NCBI GenBank assembly: GCA_042571305.1 | Contig: JBHPHS010000002.1 | Span: 1 to 55,194, forward strand | Source: Patescibacteria group bacterium | GTDB lineage: Bacteria > Patescibacteriota > Microgenomatia > UBA8517 | Reading direction: 5' to 3' | DNA: 55,194 nucleotides | Shown here: piece after piece, positions 19,239 to 28,652 of the stretch | Layout: every line of letters starts with the position of its first letter | Numbering within the stretch: the stretch's first letter is position 1 | The notes under the pieces: model-generated | The model's database searches: none | What the model was told of the DNA's origin: nothing | What the model saw: the letters and a program-made list of their open reading frames with translations, nothing else | Program-made: the position numbers and the translations under genes

Positions 19239-20661
19239 GTACTTTTTACTGTCATTAATATTTATATTGGGCTTAATTGTAAGGTTATATAAAGTTAATA
19301 ACCCAATTGCAGATTGGCACTCCTGGAGACAAGCAGACACAGCTTCCGTAACCAGAAGTTTTGTGTCAAAGGGTATTAAATTTCTCTATCCTACCTATCA
19401 AGATGTTTCAGGTATTCAAAGTGGTATTTATAACCCCAAGGGTTATCGTTTTGTTGAGCTTCCTTTATATAACGCACTACACGCCATATTAGTTAGTAAC
19501 TTTCCGATTTTTAGTTTAGAGCTTTGGGGAAGGTTTGTTTCTATTCTTTGTTCATTGATCTCTGCCTTTTTCCTTTATTTAATTGGAAAAAAGTTTTTAG
19601 GTAGTATGGGAGGTATTCTAACAGCTTTTTTCTTCCTTTTTTTACCATATAACATATATTTTTCTAGGGTCATTCTTCCTGAACCCATGGCGGTTGCTTT
19701 GGCATTGTCCGGGATGTGGTTTTTTGTAAGGTTTATTGAAGGCAATAGGTGGATTTGGCTTTATGTCTCCGGTGTTTTTATGTCTTTATCAATGCTTCTT
19801 AAACCATTTACCGGGTTTTATCTTATTCCTTTGTTTTACCTTTATTTTCAAAAATATATCTGGAAAAAAACCATTAAAGATGCAAAAACTTTAATTAAGC
19901 TTCTGATTTTTGCAGATATTGTAATAATACCTTTTTTTGCTTGGCGTGTTTGGGTAAATAATTTCCCTGCAGGTATTCCCTTTTTTGAATGGGCATTTAA
20001 TGGTGACAGAATTAGGTTTAGACCAGCTTTTTTTAGGTGGATCTTTGCGGAAAGGATAGGCAAACTTATCTTGGGGATTTGGGGTCTGGTTCCTTTTTCA
20101 ATTGGTCTTTTAACTGTAAAGAAAAGTAAGCTTTTTAGTTTAATGTTTTTCATCGGTACTATCTTATATGTAGTTGTTGTAGCAACAGCTAACGTTAGAC
20201 ATGATTACTACCAGATATTTTTAATTCCTCCAATAAGTCTTATTTTAGCTCAAGGTACTTTATATCTGTGGAAGAGTAAAGAATTTATAAGTAACGTTGC
20301 CAAACCGTTGACAATTTTTTCAATTGTAATGATGATTTTTGTTTCCTTTTATCAAACAAAGGAATATTATAAAATTGACCACCCGGAAATAATTGAAGCG
20401 GGTCGAGCGGTTGATAGTTTAACTCCAAAAGATGCTTTGGTAATTGCATCCTATAACGGTGATACGGCCTTTTTATACCAAACCAACAGGTGGGGTTGGC
20501 CAGTAGTTGATGATTCTATCGAAAATTTAATTAAAAAAGGCGCTGATTATTATGTGTCTGTAAATTTTACGGATCCTGATACTACCTACGTTATGGAAAA
20601 GTATAAGGTTATTAAAAAAGAACCTAATTTCGTTCTGGTTGATTTGCAGAATCCTTTGTAA
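19216..20661 (+). CDS. GT-C fold glycosyltransferase (ArnT/PMT_2-like)
   Basis: IVRLYKVNNPIADWHSWRQADTASVTRSF plus multiple TM helices and a soluble tail. Confidence 0.75.
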   Translation: MNKIMKSEYFLLSLIFILGLIVRLYKVNNPIADWHSWRQADTASVTRSFVSKGIKFLYPTYQDVSGIQSGIYNPKGYRFVELPLYNALHAILVSNFPIFSLELWGRFVSILCSLISAFFLYLIGKKFLGSMGGILTAFFFLFLPYNIYFSRVILPEPMAVALALSGMWFFVRFIEGNRWIWLYVSGVFMSLSMLLKPFTGFYLIPLFYLYFQKYIWKKTIKDAKTLIKLLIFADIVIIPFFAWRVWVNNFPAGIPFFEWAFNGDRIRFRPAFFRWIFAERIGKLILGIWGLVPFSIGLLTVKKSKLFSLMFFIGTILYVVVVATANVRHDYYQIFLIPPISLILAQGTLYLWKSKEFISNVAKPLTIFSIVMMIFVSFYQTKEYYKIDHPEIIEAGRAVDSLTPKDALVIASYNGDTAFLYQTNRWGWPVVDDSIENLIKKGADYYVSVNFTDPDTTYVMEKYKVIKKEPNFVLVDLQNPL

Positions 20662-20665
20662 AGCT

Positions 20666-21877
20666 ATGAAGATATTAATGCTTACTCCATATTTGCCTTT
20701 CCCGGATTCATCCGGTGGGCAAATACGCTCATATAATTTAATTAAACATTTAAGTAAAAAACACGAGATCACTTTGTTTTCTTTGATTAAGGATGATTTG
20801 GAAAGGAAGTATATATCGGAACTATCCAAGTATTGTAAAAAAGTGCTGGTTTTTAAACGCTCAAAATCTCCTTGGACATTGAGAAACATTTTATTAACAG
20901 GACTTGGACCCTACCCCTTTTTAGTTATTAGAAACCTCTCACCTAAGGAAAAATTTGCTGTAAAAGAAGAGATACAGAAAAATAAATATGATCTTATTCA
21001 TGCCGAGACTTTTTATGTCATGCCTCACATTCCTGATACAAAAATTCCAATCTTACTAGTTGAGCAGACAATTGAATATTTAGTCTACAAACACTATGTG
21101 CAAAATATAAAAAATCCAATATTAAGGTTTGTTTTGTCTTTGGATGTTTCCAAACTAAAGTACTGGGAGACAAGTTTTTGGAAAAAGGCGGATGGGGTAG
21201 TTGCGGTTTCGGAGGCAGACAAAAGGCAAATGCTTAAACTTGTTAGAAACCTTGATGTGGGGCTAGTTCCTAATGGGGTAAATCTTGATTTTTTTAAAGT
21301 CAAAAAAAGTTGGAGTCAAAAACACCCAAAGATTCTTTTTGTTGCAAATTTCAAATGGATGCAGAATGTTGAGGCTACAAAGGTTCTTTTAGAAGATGTT
21401 TTCCCTTTGGTACAAAAAGCTGAAAAATCTGCTAAGGTATGGATTGTGGGTCAGCACATCCCCAATGAGATTAGAAATAAAGCATCGGTTAATATCTTGG
21501 TTGACAACCTTAAAGAAGATAACCAGCAGGGTATCAGAGATGCTTACTTTAGATCTTCAGCTTTTGTCTCACCCCTTAAAGGTCCTGGCGGAACACGACT
21601 TAAACACTTTGCGGCTATGGCAGCAAAACTACCATTAATAACAACATCAGTTGGTGCGGAGGGTCTTAATGCCAAAGATGGAGAGAATATTCTGATTCGT
21701 GATGATGCAAAAGGACTTGCCGAAGCGACTCTTAAGATTTTAGGAGATTCAAAAAAAGCAAAAATGATAGCTGAAAATGCACGTTATCTCGTTGAAGATA
21801 AGTTCAGTTGGTATAAAATGAGCCAATATCTGGATAGGATTTACAAAAAGACAGCAGGTTATAAAAATAAGCTATGA
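20666..21877 (+). CDS. GT4 family glycosyltransferase
   Basis: MKILMLTPYLPFPDSSGGQIRSYNLIKHL start and a C-terminal GGTRLKHFAAMAAKLPLITTSVGAEG region. The start is moved from 20639 to ATG 20666. Confidence 0.8.
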   Translation: MKILMLTPYLPFPDSSGGQIRSYNLIKHLSKKHEITLFSLIKDDLERKYISELSKYCKKVLVFKRSKSPWTLRNILLTGLGPYPFLVIRNLSPKEKFAVKEEIQKNKYDLIHAETFYVMPHIPDTKIPILLVEQTIEYLVYKHYVQNIKNPILRFVLSLDVSKLKYWETSFWKKADGVVAVSEADKRQMLKLVRNLDVGLVPNGVNLDFFKVKKSWSQKHPKILFVANFKWMQNVEATKVLLEDVFPLVQKAEKSAKVWIVGQHIPNEIRNKASVNILVDNLKEDNQQGIRDAYFRSSAFVSPLKGPGGTRLKHFAAMAAKLPLITTSVGAEGLNAKDGENILIRDDAKGLAEATLKILGDSKKAKMIAENARYLVEDKFSWYKMSQYLDRIYKKTAGYKNKL

Positions 21878-22764
21878 TATCCAAAAAACCCGAGCTTTCA
21901 ATAATAATATTAGGTTACAACACCAAAGCACTTCTTGATGATTGCTTAAGCTCCATTAAGAAACATAGCGATGAGGTATCCCTTGAGGTTATTGTTTCAG
22001 ACAATGCATCAAGTGACGGGAGTGTAGATATGGTAAGAGAAAAATACCCTTGGGCTAAACTGACGCAAGGACCCAATGTAGGCTTTTCAAAAGGAAATAA
22101 TAGAGCAAGAAAACTTACAAGGGGAAAGATGGTTTTATTTCTAAACCCTGACACAAAAATAAATAAGAATGTATTAAAAGAAACCACCAATTACCTTAAA
22201 AAGTACAGAGATGTAGGAGCTCTAAGCTGTAAACTTGTATTACCGTCAGGCAAACTAGACAAAGATGCCAGGCGACGCTTTCCAACTCCGGGAATTGCTT
22301 TTGCAAAGCTATTTTTAGGAAATGGAAGAAAATATTGGTATGAGGATATTTCTGCAAACAAGGTACATGAGGTAGATGCAATTGAGGGAGCTTTTATATT
22401 AACTTGGAAGAAAATTCTTGATAGTGTTGGTTGGTTTGATGAGGATTACTTTTTTAATGGAGAGGACATTGATCTTTGTTGGAAAATACGTCAAAAAGGA
22501 TGGAAGATAATCTATTATCCTAAGGTGTTTATATATCATCTTAAAGGTGTAACAACCGGAAAAAGTAAGCAATGGAAGGTAAAAAGCTCACTTGTTAAAA
22601 GAATAAAAATAAAACTAATTACCGTTGAATCTATGGAATTGTTTTTCAGAAAGAATCTTTGGAAAAGATATCCAATTTTCTTTGATTGGTTTGTAATTTT
22701 GGGTATTAATATCTTTAAAGTACTAAGAACCGCAAGGGTTGTCATTTCTTCAATAACAAAATGA
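21874..22764 (+). CDS. GT2 family glycosyltransferase with a C-terminal hydrophobic helix
   Basis: LSIIILGYNTKALLDDCLSSI...VSDNASSDGS, LFLNPDT and GEDIDLCWK motifs. Confidence 0.85.
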   Translation: MISKKPELSIIILGYNTKALLDDCLSSIKKHSDEVSLEVIVSDNASSDGSVDMVREKYPWAKLTQGPNVGFSKGNNRARKLTRGKMVLFLNPDTKINKNVLKETTNYLKKYRDVGALSCKLVLPSGKLDKDARRRFPTPGIAFAKLFLGNGRKYWYEDISANKVHEVDAIEGAFILTWKKILDSVGWFDEDYFFNGEDIDLCWKIRQKGWKIIYYPKVFIYHLKGVTTGKSKQWKVKSSLVKRIKIKLITVESMELFFRKNLWKRYPIFFDWFVILGINIFKVLRTARVVISSITK

Positions 22765-23282
22765 TAATACTAATAGATGCAAGGCTATACGGCCCTGAGC
22801 ATACAGGAAACGGTAGGTATACCATGAATTTGATTTCTGAACTAACCAAATTAGATAAAAAGAACAAGTATTTACTTCTTCTTAGAAAAAAATACTATAA
22901 AAAACTGAAGCTTCCACCAAATTGGACTAAGATCTTAGCTGATTTTAAGCACTATAGCCTTACTGAGCAGATCAAGTTGCCTTTTATTATAAATAAATCT
23001 AAACCCGATCTGGTTCATTTTCCGCATTTTAATATTCCCATTTTTTATTTTGGGAAATATATTGTGACAATACATGATATGACTATGCATAAATTTAGAG
23101 GAAAAGATGCAACAACCAGGAAACTTCCATTATATCAATTGTGGAGGTTGGGATATTATCTTTCCTTTGCGAAAGCGGTTTATGGGTCAAAAAGAATTAT
23201 TGTTCCAAGTGAAGCAGTTAAGCAGGAGATATTAAGTTTTTACAAAGTAAATCAAGGAAAAGTCAAAGTAGTTTATGAATAA
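22761..23282 (+). CDS. GT4 glycosyltransferase, N-terminal Rossmann half only (split gene)
   Basis: 173 aa (MIILIDARLYGPEHTGNGRYTMNL...) ending at VKVVYE, exactly where GT4 enzymes pass from the acceptor domain to the donor domain. Confidence 0.7.
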   Translation: MIILIDARLYGPEHTGNGRYTMNLISELTKLDKKNKYLLLLRKKYYKKLKLPPNWTKILADFKHYSLTEQIKLPFIINKSKPDLVHFPHFNIPIFYFGKYIVTIHDMTMHKFRGKDATTRKLPLYQLWRLGYYLSFAKAVYGSKRIIVPSEAVKQEILSFYKVNQGKVKVVYE

Positions 23283-23838
23283 GAAAAGCACAGGTAAATA
23301 TTTTCTTTATGTCGGTAATGCCTATCCTCATAAAAATCTGAACAGATTGGTTGAGGCGATAGTTTTATTGAATAAAGAATCAAACGAAAAGATATTGTTA
23401 AAGATTGTTTCCGCAAGGGGTGTTTTTACAAAAAGACTTCTTGGTTTGGTTGATAGGCTAGAAGCAAACGAATTTGTTGAGCTGTTGGGGTTTGTTAGTG
23501 ACAAAGACCTAGAAAAATTATATAAAAATGCCTTAGCTTTTGTGTTTCCATCACTTTCAGAAGGTTTTGGTCTTCCTGGGGTTGAAGCAATCACTGCAAA
23601 GACTCCATTATTAGCTTCAGATATTCCGGTTTTTAAAGAAGTTTATAAAGATAATGCAACATATTTTAACCCTCTTGATTTTTCAGCAATAGAAAGAACG
23701 ATGAGGGATGTATTTAATATGCCAAACAGCCAAAGAGAAGAAATGGTTAAAAAAGCATCAAAGTTTATTGAAAGATATTCATGGGCTAAAATGGCTAAAG
23801 AAACCTTGAAAATATATGAAAGTTGCACTCGTTTATGA
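23275..23838 (+). CDS. GT4 glycosyltransferase, C-terminal (donor-binding) half only (split gene)
   Basis: 187 aa starting MNKKSTGKYFLYVGNAYPHKN and carrying SEGFGLPGVEAITAKTPLLASD. It overlaps the N-half ORF by 8 nt in a different frame. Confidence 0.75.
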   Translation: MNKKSTGKYFLYVGNAYPHKNLNRLVEAIVLLNKESNEKILLKIVSARGVFTKRLLGLVDRLEANEFVELLGFVSDKDLEKLYKNALAFVFPSLSEGFGLPGVEAITAKTPLLASDIPVFKEVYKDNATYFNPLDFSAIERTMRDVFNMPNSQREEMVKKASKFIERYSWAKMAKETLKIYESCTRL

Positions 23839-24922
23839 CAGAGTAAATAAGTGGGGAGGAGCAGAAAGGGTTCTTCTTACCCTTCATCAGATGTTTCCTG
23901 ATGCTCCCTTATACACTTCAGTTTGTGATGAAAAAAAAGCTCCTTGGGCAAAAGTATTTCCTAAAATCTACACCTCTTTTTTACAAAAAATTCCTTTCGC
24001 AAAATCAAATCATGAGTTTCTTGGAACCTTCATGCCTTTAGCTTTCGAACTTTTTAATTTTGATAAATATGATTTGGTTATTTCGGTAACATCCGAAGCT
24101 GCTAAGGGAATAATTACAAAACCACAAACAAAGCACATTTGCTACTGCCTTACACCTACGAGATACCTTTGGAGTGGATACAGCTTTTATTTTAGAAACC
24201 CAATTCTTAAGTTTTTTGCTTTCCCTGTAATACTCTATTTAAGAAACTGGGACAAGATTGCAGCACAAAGACCGGACGTTATGCTTGCTATTTCTAACAC
24301 CGTACAGGGCAGAATTAAGAAATACTATAATCGGGAATCGCAAATAATATTTCCACCCGTAGAAACACTACGCACAGGACAAGTTAAGAAAAACAAAGGA
24401 AATTACTACCTGGTTGTTAGCAGACTGGTTGCCTATAAGAATGTTGACTTAGCAATAAAGGTATTTAATCGATTGAGGTATTCGCTATATGTTGTAGGTA
24501 AAGGTTCGCAGGAAAACAAATTAAAACAAATGGCAAGTTATAACATCAAATTTTTTAGTGAGGTGTCAGAAGATAAATTAATTAATCTTTATTCAGGAGC
24601 TAGAGCATTGATTATGCCTCAAGAGGAAGACTTTGGAATTACCAGCCTTGAAGCCCAAGGTCTTGGTGTTCCGGTTATTGCATATAAAAAAGGTGGAGTG
24701 CTTGATAGTGTGGTTGATGGCAGAACTGGAGTGTTTTTCAACAAGCAAACTGAAGCAGATTTGAAAGGTGCGATTGCAAAATTTGAAAAAATGAGCTTTA
24801 ATCTTATGTACCTGGTTAAAAATGCGGAAAAGTTTTCCAAAGAAACATTTAAAAAACAACTACAAGGAACACTTGTACGTATTAATTTTGGCTGGAGGAG
24901 GAGGAACAAGGCTCTGGCCTAA
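23816..24922 (+). CDS. GT4 family glycosyltransferase
   Basis: MKVALVYDRVNKWGGAERVL start and EDFGITSLEAQGLGVPVIAYKKGG motif. Confidence 0.85.
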   Translation: MKVALVYDRVNKWGGAERVLLTLHQMFPDAPLYTSVCDEKKAPWAKVFPKIYTSFLQKIPFAKSNHEFLGTFMPLAFELFNFDKYDLVISVTSEAAKGIITKPQTKHICYCLTPTRYLWSGYSFYFRNPILKFFAFPVILYLRNWDKIAAQRPDVMLAISNTVQGRIKKYYNRESQIIFPPVETLRTGQVKKNKGNYYLVVSRLVAYKNVDLAIKVFNRLRYSLYVVGKGSQENKLKQMASYNIKFFSEVSEDKLINLYSGARALIMPQEEDFGITSLEAQGLGVPVIAYKKGGVLDSVVDGRTGVFFNKQTEADLKGAIAKFEKMSFNLMYLVKNAEKFSKETFKKQLQGTLVRINFGWRRRNKALA

Positions 24923-25964
24923 GTCAAGAAACGAAACTCCAAAACAATTTCTTGATCTTTTTGGTGGAGAAACATTAACTCAAATTACCGCAAGGAGGTT
25001 CAGTAATATTCTTCCATGGGAGAGAATATTTTGTGTCACTGTTTCCCAAGCCTATAAAAAAGAGATTCTTAAGGAGGTTCCGTTGTTTTTACCCAGCAAT
25101 ATTATTGTTGAACCAGTTCGAAGAGAAACAGCTCCAGCGCATGGGATAGGTGCTGTTCACATATATAAAAGAGACCCAGAAGCTGTAATTATTACTGAGG
25201 CAGCTGATAGGTTGGTAAAACCGGTAAGAAGATATTTAAAGACTTTGCAAACCGCAGCTGAGGTGGCATTTAACAAAAAAGTTTTGATATCCCTTGGTGT
25301 TGAGCCACGCTATCCACATACAGGACTAGGTCATATTAAAAGAGGGGAGAAGTGGGCAAGAGAAGCAAACCTAAACTTTTATAAGGTGGATAAATTTATT
25401 GAAAAACCCAGTCTTGAGCTTGCTAAGAAATATACCACGTCAGGTAACTATTATTGGAATGCTGGGCAATATGTTTGGAGAGCGGACTCACTTCTTGAAG
25501 CATTTTCGAAATATTCCCCGCAAATTAAAAAGTCTTTGGATATTATCTACAAAGCGATAGGAAGCAAGAATGAACAAAAGATTGTCGCCGAGCAATATAA
25601 GAAAATGTCTAAAATTGCTATAGACTATGCGGTTAGTGAAAAAGCAAAAAACCTATATGTTGTTCCTGGTGATTTTTTTTGGACAGATATTGGAGATTGG
25701 AAAGAGGTGTGGGAGAATTCAAAGAAGGACGATTTAGGTAACGTTCTTATCGATGGAAAGGAAAAAGGAGGAAGAGTAATAAATATTGACACATCCGATG
25801 CTTTGATACACACCAATGGAAGAATGGTTGCGATTGTTGATGTGGATAATATTGTAATTGTCGATACAAAGGATGCACTTTTGGTTTGTAGCAAGTCTCG
25901 TGCACAGAACGTTAAAAAGATAGTTGAGAGCCTAAAAGAAGAAAAGCTGAAAGAGTATCTGTGA
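24873..25964 (+). CDS. manC: Mannose-1-phosphate guanylyltransferase (nucleotidyltransferase domain type)
   Basis: YVLILAGGGGTRLWPKSRNETPKQF and WTDIGDWKEVW motifs. The only in-frame ATG is at 24822. A TTG at 24873 gives the canonical N-terminus (M)YVLILAGGGG, so the start is ambiguous. Confidence 0.8.
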   Translation: MYVLILAGGGGTRLWPKSRNETPKQFLDLFGGETLTQITARRFSNILPWERIFCVTVSQAYKKEILKEVPLFLPSNIIVEPVRRETAPAHGIGAVHIYKRDPEAVIITEAADRLVKPVRRYLKTLQTAAEVAFNKKVLISLGVEPRYPHTGLGHIKRGEKWAREANLNFYKVDKFIEKPSLELAKKYTTSGNYYWNAGQYVWRADSLLEAFSKYSPQIKKSLDIIYKAIGSKNEQKIVAEQYKKMSKIAIDYAVSEKAKNLYVVPGDFFWTDIGDWKEVWENSKKDDLGNVLIDGKEKGGRVINIDTSDALIHTNGRMVAIVDVDNIVIVDTKDALLVCSKSRAQNVKKIVESLKEEKLKEYL

Positions 25965-25970
25965 TATAAT
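25962..25970 (+). promoter_or_regulatory. Extended -10 box TGaTATAAT upstream of the sugar transferase gene
   Basis: TATAAT lies at 25965-25970 and TG at 25962-25963. The ATG at 25980 follows with no Shine-Dalgarno sequence in between. Confidence 0.35.
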
Positions 25971-25979
25971 TCCTGCCCA

Positions 25980-26630
25980 ATGGGATATACGACTGTAAAG
26001 AGAATAATAGATATTATCTGTGGTGCTTTATTCTTAATTCTTTTTTCCCCGATTCTTCTAATAACCGCTATTGCAATAAAATTAACTTCAGAAGGACCCG
26101 TTTTTGTTGAAAAGGGAAATTCTCATATGAAGCGCTATACAAAGGGGGGAAAAGTGTTTAGACTTTTTAAGTTTCGCTCAATGCTTGTTAATGCTGATGT
26201 TCTTCTTGAGAATAATCCGAAATTCAAAAGACTTTACAGAGAATATAAAAAATCTGGTTTTAAGCTTCATAAAGACCCAAGAATTATTAAGTTTGGTCGT
26301 TTTATTAGAAAACATTCAATTGACGAAATGCCACAGCTTATCAATGTACTTAAGGGAGAAATGAGTATAGTTGGACCAAGACCCTACCTTCCTAAGGAGC
26401 TTGATGAACAAGTATATAAATACCCCCATACCGAAAAATATGTTAAAGAAATGCTTACAGTAAAACCCGGAATAACTGGTTTTTGGCAGGTATCAGGAAG
26501 AAGTAATGTGGGTTTTGAAAAACGAATCGAAATGGATGCATATTATGCAAGGAAAAAATCAATTCTTCTGGATCTTTTAATAATGCTTCGTACCCCCTGG
26601 GTCATGTTGACTGGTACTGGAGCAGTCTAG
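25980..26630 (+). CDS. Polyprenyl-phosphate sugar-1-phosphate transferase (small bacterial sugar transferase / WbaP C-domain type)
   Basis: One N-terminal TM helix, with FKFRSM, DEMPQLINVLKGEMSIVGPRP and GITGFWQVSGRS motifs. Confidence 0.9.
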   Translation: MGYTTVKRIIDIICGALFLILFSPILLITAIAIKLTSEGPVFVEKGNSHMKRYTKGGKVFRLFKFRSMLVNADVLLENNPKFKRLYREYKKSGFKLHKDPRIIKFGRFIRKHSIDEMPQLINVLKGEMSIVGPRPYLPKELDEQVYKYPHTEKYVKEMLTVKPGITGFWQVSGRSNVGFEKRIEMDAYYARKKSILLDLLIMLRTPWVMLTGTGAV

Positions 26631-26645
26631 TATAGTTAACTTTGT

Positions 26646-28652
26646 ATGCCAGATGAAATTAATATTCCCCAAATAGAGGTGGAAAAACCTGTCTTTCAAG
26701 ATCCTAAGGTAATGAAGGAGGTGTCAAACAAACCCAAACAAACCAACCCGGGAGGAAGCAAATTTAAAATCAACATTAAGTTGAACAAGAAAGTTATGAT
26801 TGGTGCTGGTGCTTTCTTATTTGTTTTATTGATAACTTTGGTTGTTCCGGGATTGTTATCTTACAAAAAAGCCTTAGCTTTATCGGATTCTGTTAATAGG
26901 TTGGTTGAGGTATCTGGGTCTCAGGATTTGGTGGCTATCAAAGATGAGTTTCCTAAAACAAAAAAGAGTCTGGATAGTTTCAGGAATACATTTAAACTTC
27001 TAGGTTGGACAAGAATTATTCCTTACTTTGGTGGATATACCAAGGACATTAATCACGCATTAGCGGCGGGGGAGGCGGGTATTGATGCGGGAAGTATAGT
27101 ACTAACCACAATAGAACCTTATGGTGATATTTTGGGTTTGAGTGCCTCAGGTGACAGTTCTCCTTCAGATGGTGCAAAAACAACAGAAGAAAGGATTGAC
27201 TTTTTGGTTAACACAATTCCAGACCTGGTTCCCAAAATCGATGAAATATCCTCAAAGATGAAAGTTGTTCAGGATGAGCTAACCCAGGTTAATTCTGATA
27301 GATACCCTGAGAAATTTAAAGGTATGCCTCTTCGATCAAAGATTAAAAGTGCACAAAACCAGGTTGAACAAGTAGCTAATTTTTTAATAAACGGTAAACC
27401 TTTTTTGGAATCAGCCCCCTATCTTTTAGGAATGGATTCCCCCAGAGAGTATCTAGTTCTTTTCCAAAATGACAAGGAACTAAGGCCCACCGGAGGGTTT
27501 ATGACGGCGTATGCAATAATGGATGTGGATAAAGCAAAGTTTGAGCCTGTCTCTTCTGATGATATTTATCATTTGGATGCAATATACGAACCCAGCATTC
27601 CTGCACCTGATCCTATTGTGAAGTATCTCAAAGGTCCCTATATTCTTTCACCCAACCTTCGTTTGAGGGACATGAATTGGTCTCCTGATTTTCCTACCAG
27701 TATGAAGATGTTTACAGAAGCAGCATCAGAGACAGGAATTAAGAGTGTTGATGGAATAATAGCTGTTGATACAGATCTTTTGGTGAATCTGTTGGATGTA
27801 ATTGGGCCAATCGGTGTACCCGGATTTGGAAATTTCAGCACTGAAATAGTTCCTGAATGCAATTGCCCACAGGTAATTTATGAGCTTGAGAGCTTTGCTG
27901 ATGTGGAAGGGCCTATCGTTTGGGATCCGGTTAGTGGGGAAATTGTTTACAAACCACCCAATTCAGACAACAGAAAAAGAATTATCGGTCCTTTAATGAA
28001 CTCCATTTTAGCAAATGCAATGGGACAGCCAAAGGAAAAACTTGGTGCTCTTTTTGAGGCAGGGTTTAAATCAATTAATGAAAAACATGTACTTTTGTAT
28101 ATTCAAGATAAAGGTGTGCAAAAGGCAGTTGAAGATTTTGGAATAGGGGGTAAAATTGTTGATTCTGCAGGAGATGATTATCTTCAGATAAATGATGCTA
28201 ACTTGGGAGGTAGAAAGTCAAATCTATATGTAACACAGGAGGTTTCCCAGGAAATAAATGTAGCAAAGGACGGATCTGTTGAAAAAACTCTAACAATTAC
28301 TTATAACAATCCAGAAAAATACGACGGTTGGCTAAACTCAGTACTTCCAAACTGGTTAAGGGTTTATGTGCCACAAGGTAGTACACTTATTGCGGTTGAA
28401 GGCCTTGAGGATAAATCAGAGCCTTATGATGATCTTGGAAAGACCGTTTTTGCGGGGTACTTTAGTCTTCGTCCTGAGGGAGTATCCAAGGTAACCGTTA
28501 AATACAAACTACCTATGAAGTTTAATGAAGATTACAGTTTGTATGTTCAAAAACAGCCAGGTAAGGCTACTCCTCTTTATACCATAAACCTAGGCAAATA
28601 TGAGGAGGAGTTCTTCTTGAAATCTGATCAGACAATCAAGATAGGTATTTAA
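26646..28652 (+). CDS. DUF4012 domain membrane-anchored protein
   Basis: 668 aa with a single N-terminal TM helix. FQNDKELRPTGGFMTAYAIMDV is the characteristic DUF4012 core as I recall it. Confidence 0.7.
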   Translation: MPDEINIPQIEVEKPVFQDPKVMKEVSNKPKQTNPGGSKFKINIKLNKKVMIGAGAFLFVLLITLVVPGLLSYKKALALSDSVNRLVEVSGSQDLVAIKDEFPKTKKSLDSFRNTFKLLGWTRIIPYFGGYTKDINHALAAGEAGIDAGSIVLTTIEPYGDILGLSASGDSSPSDGAKTTEERIDFLVNTIPDLVPKIDEISSKMKVVQDELTQVNSDRYPEKFKGMPLRSKIKSAQNQVEQVANFLINGKPFLESAPYLLGMDSPREYLVLFQNDKELRPTGGFMTAYAIMDVDKAKFEPVSSDDIYHLDAIYEPSIPAPDPIVKYLKGPYILSPNLRLRDMNWSPDFPTSMKMFTEAASETGIKSVDGIIAVDTDLLVNLLDVIGPIGVPGFGNFSTEIVPECNCPQVIYELESFADVEGPIVWDPVSGEIVYKPPNSDNRKRIIGPLMNSILANAMGQPKEKLGALFEAGFKSINEKHVLLYIQDKGVQKAVEDFGIGGKIVDSAGDDYLQINDANLGGRKSNLYVTQEVSQEINVAKDGSVEKTLTITYNNPEKYDGWLNSVLPNWLRVYVPQGSTLIAVEGLEDKSEPYDDLGKTVFAGYFSLRPEGVSKVTVKYKLPMKFNEDYSLYVQKQPGKATPLYTINLGKYEEEFFLKSDQTIKIGI

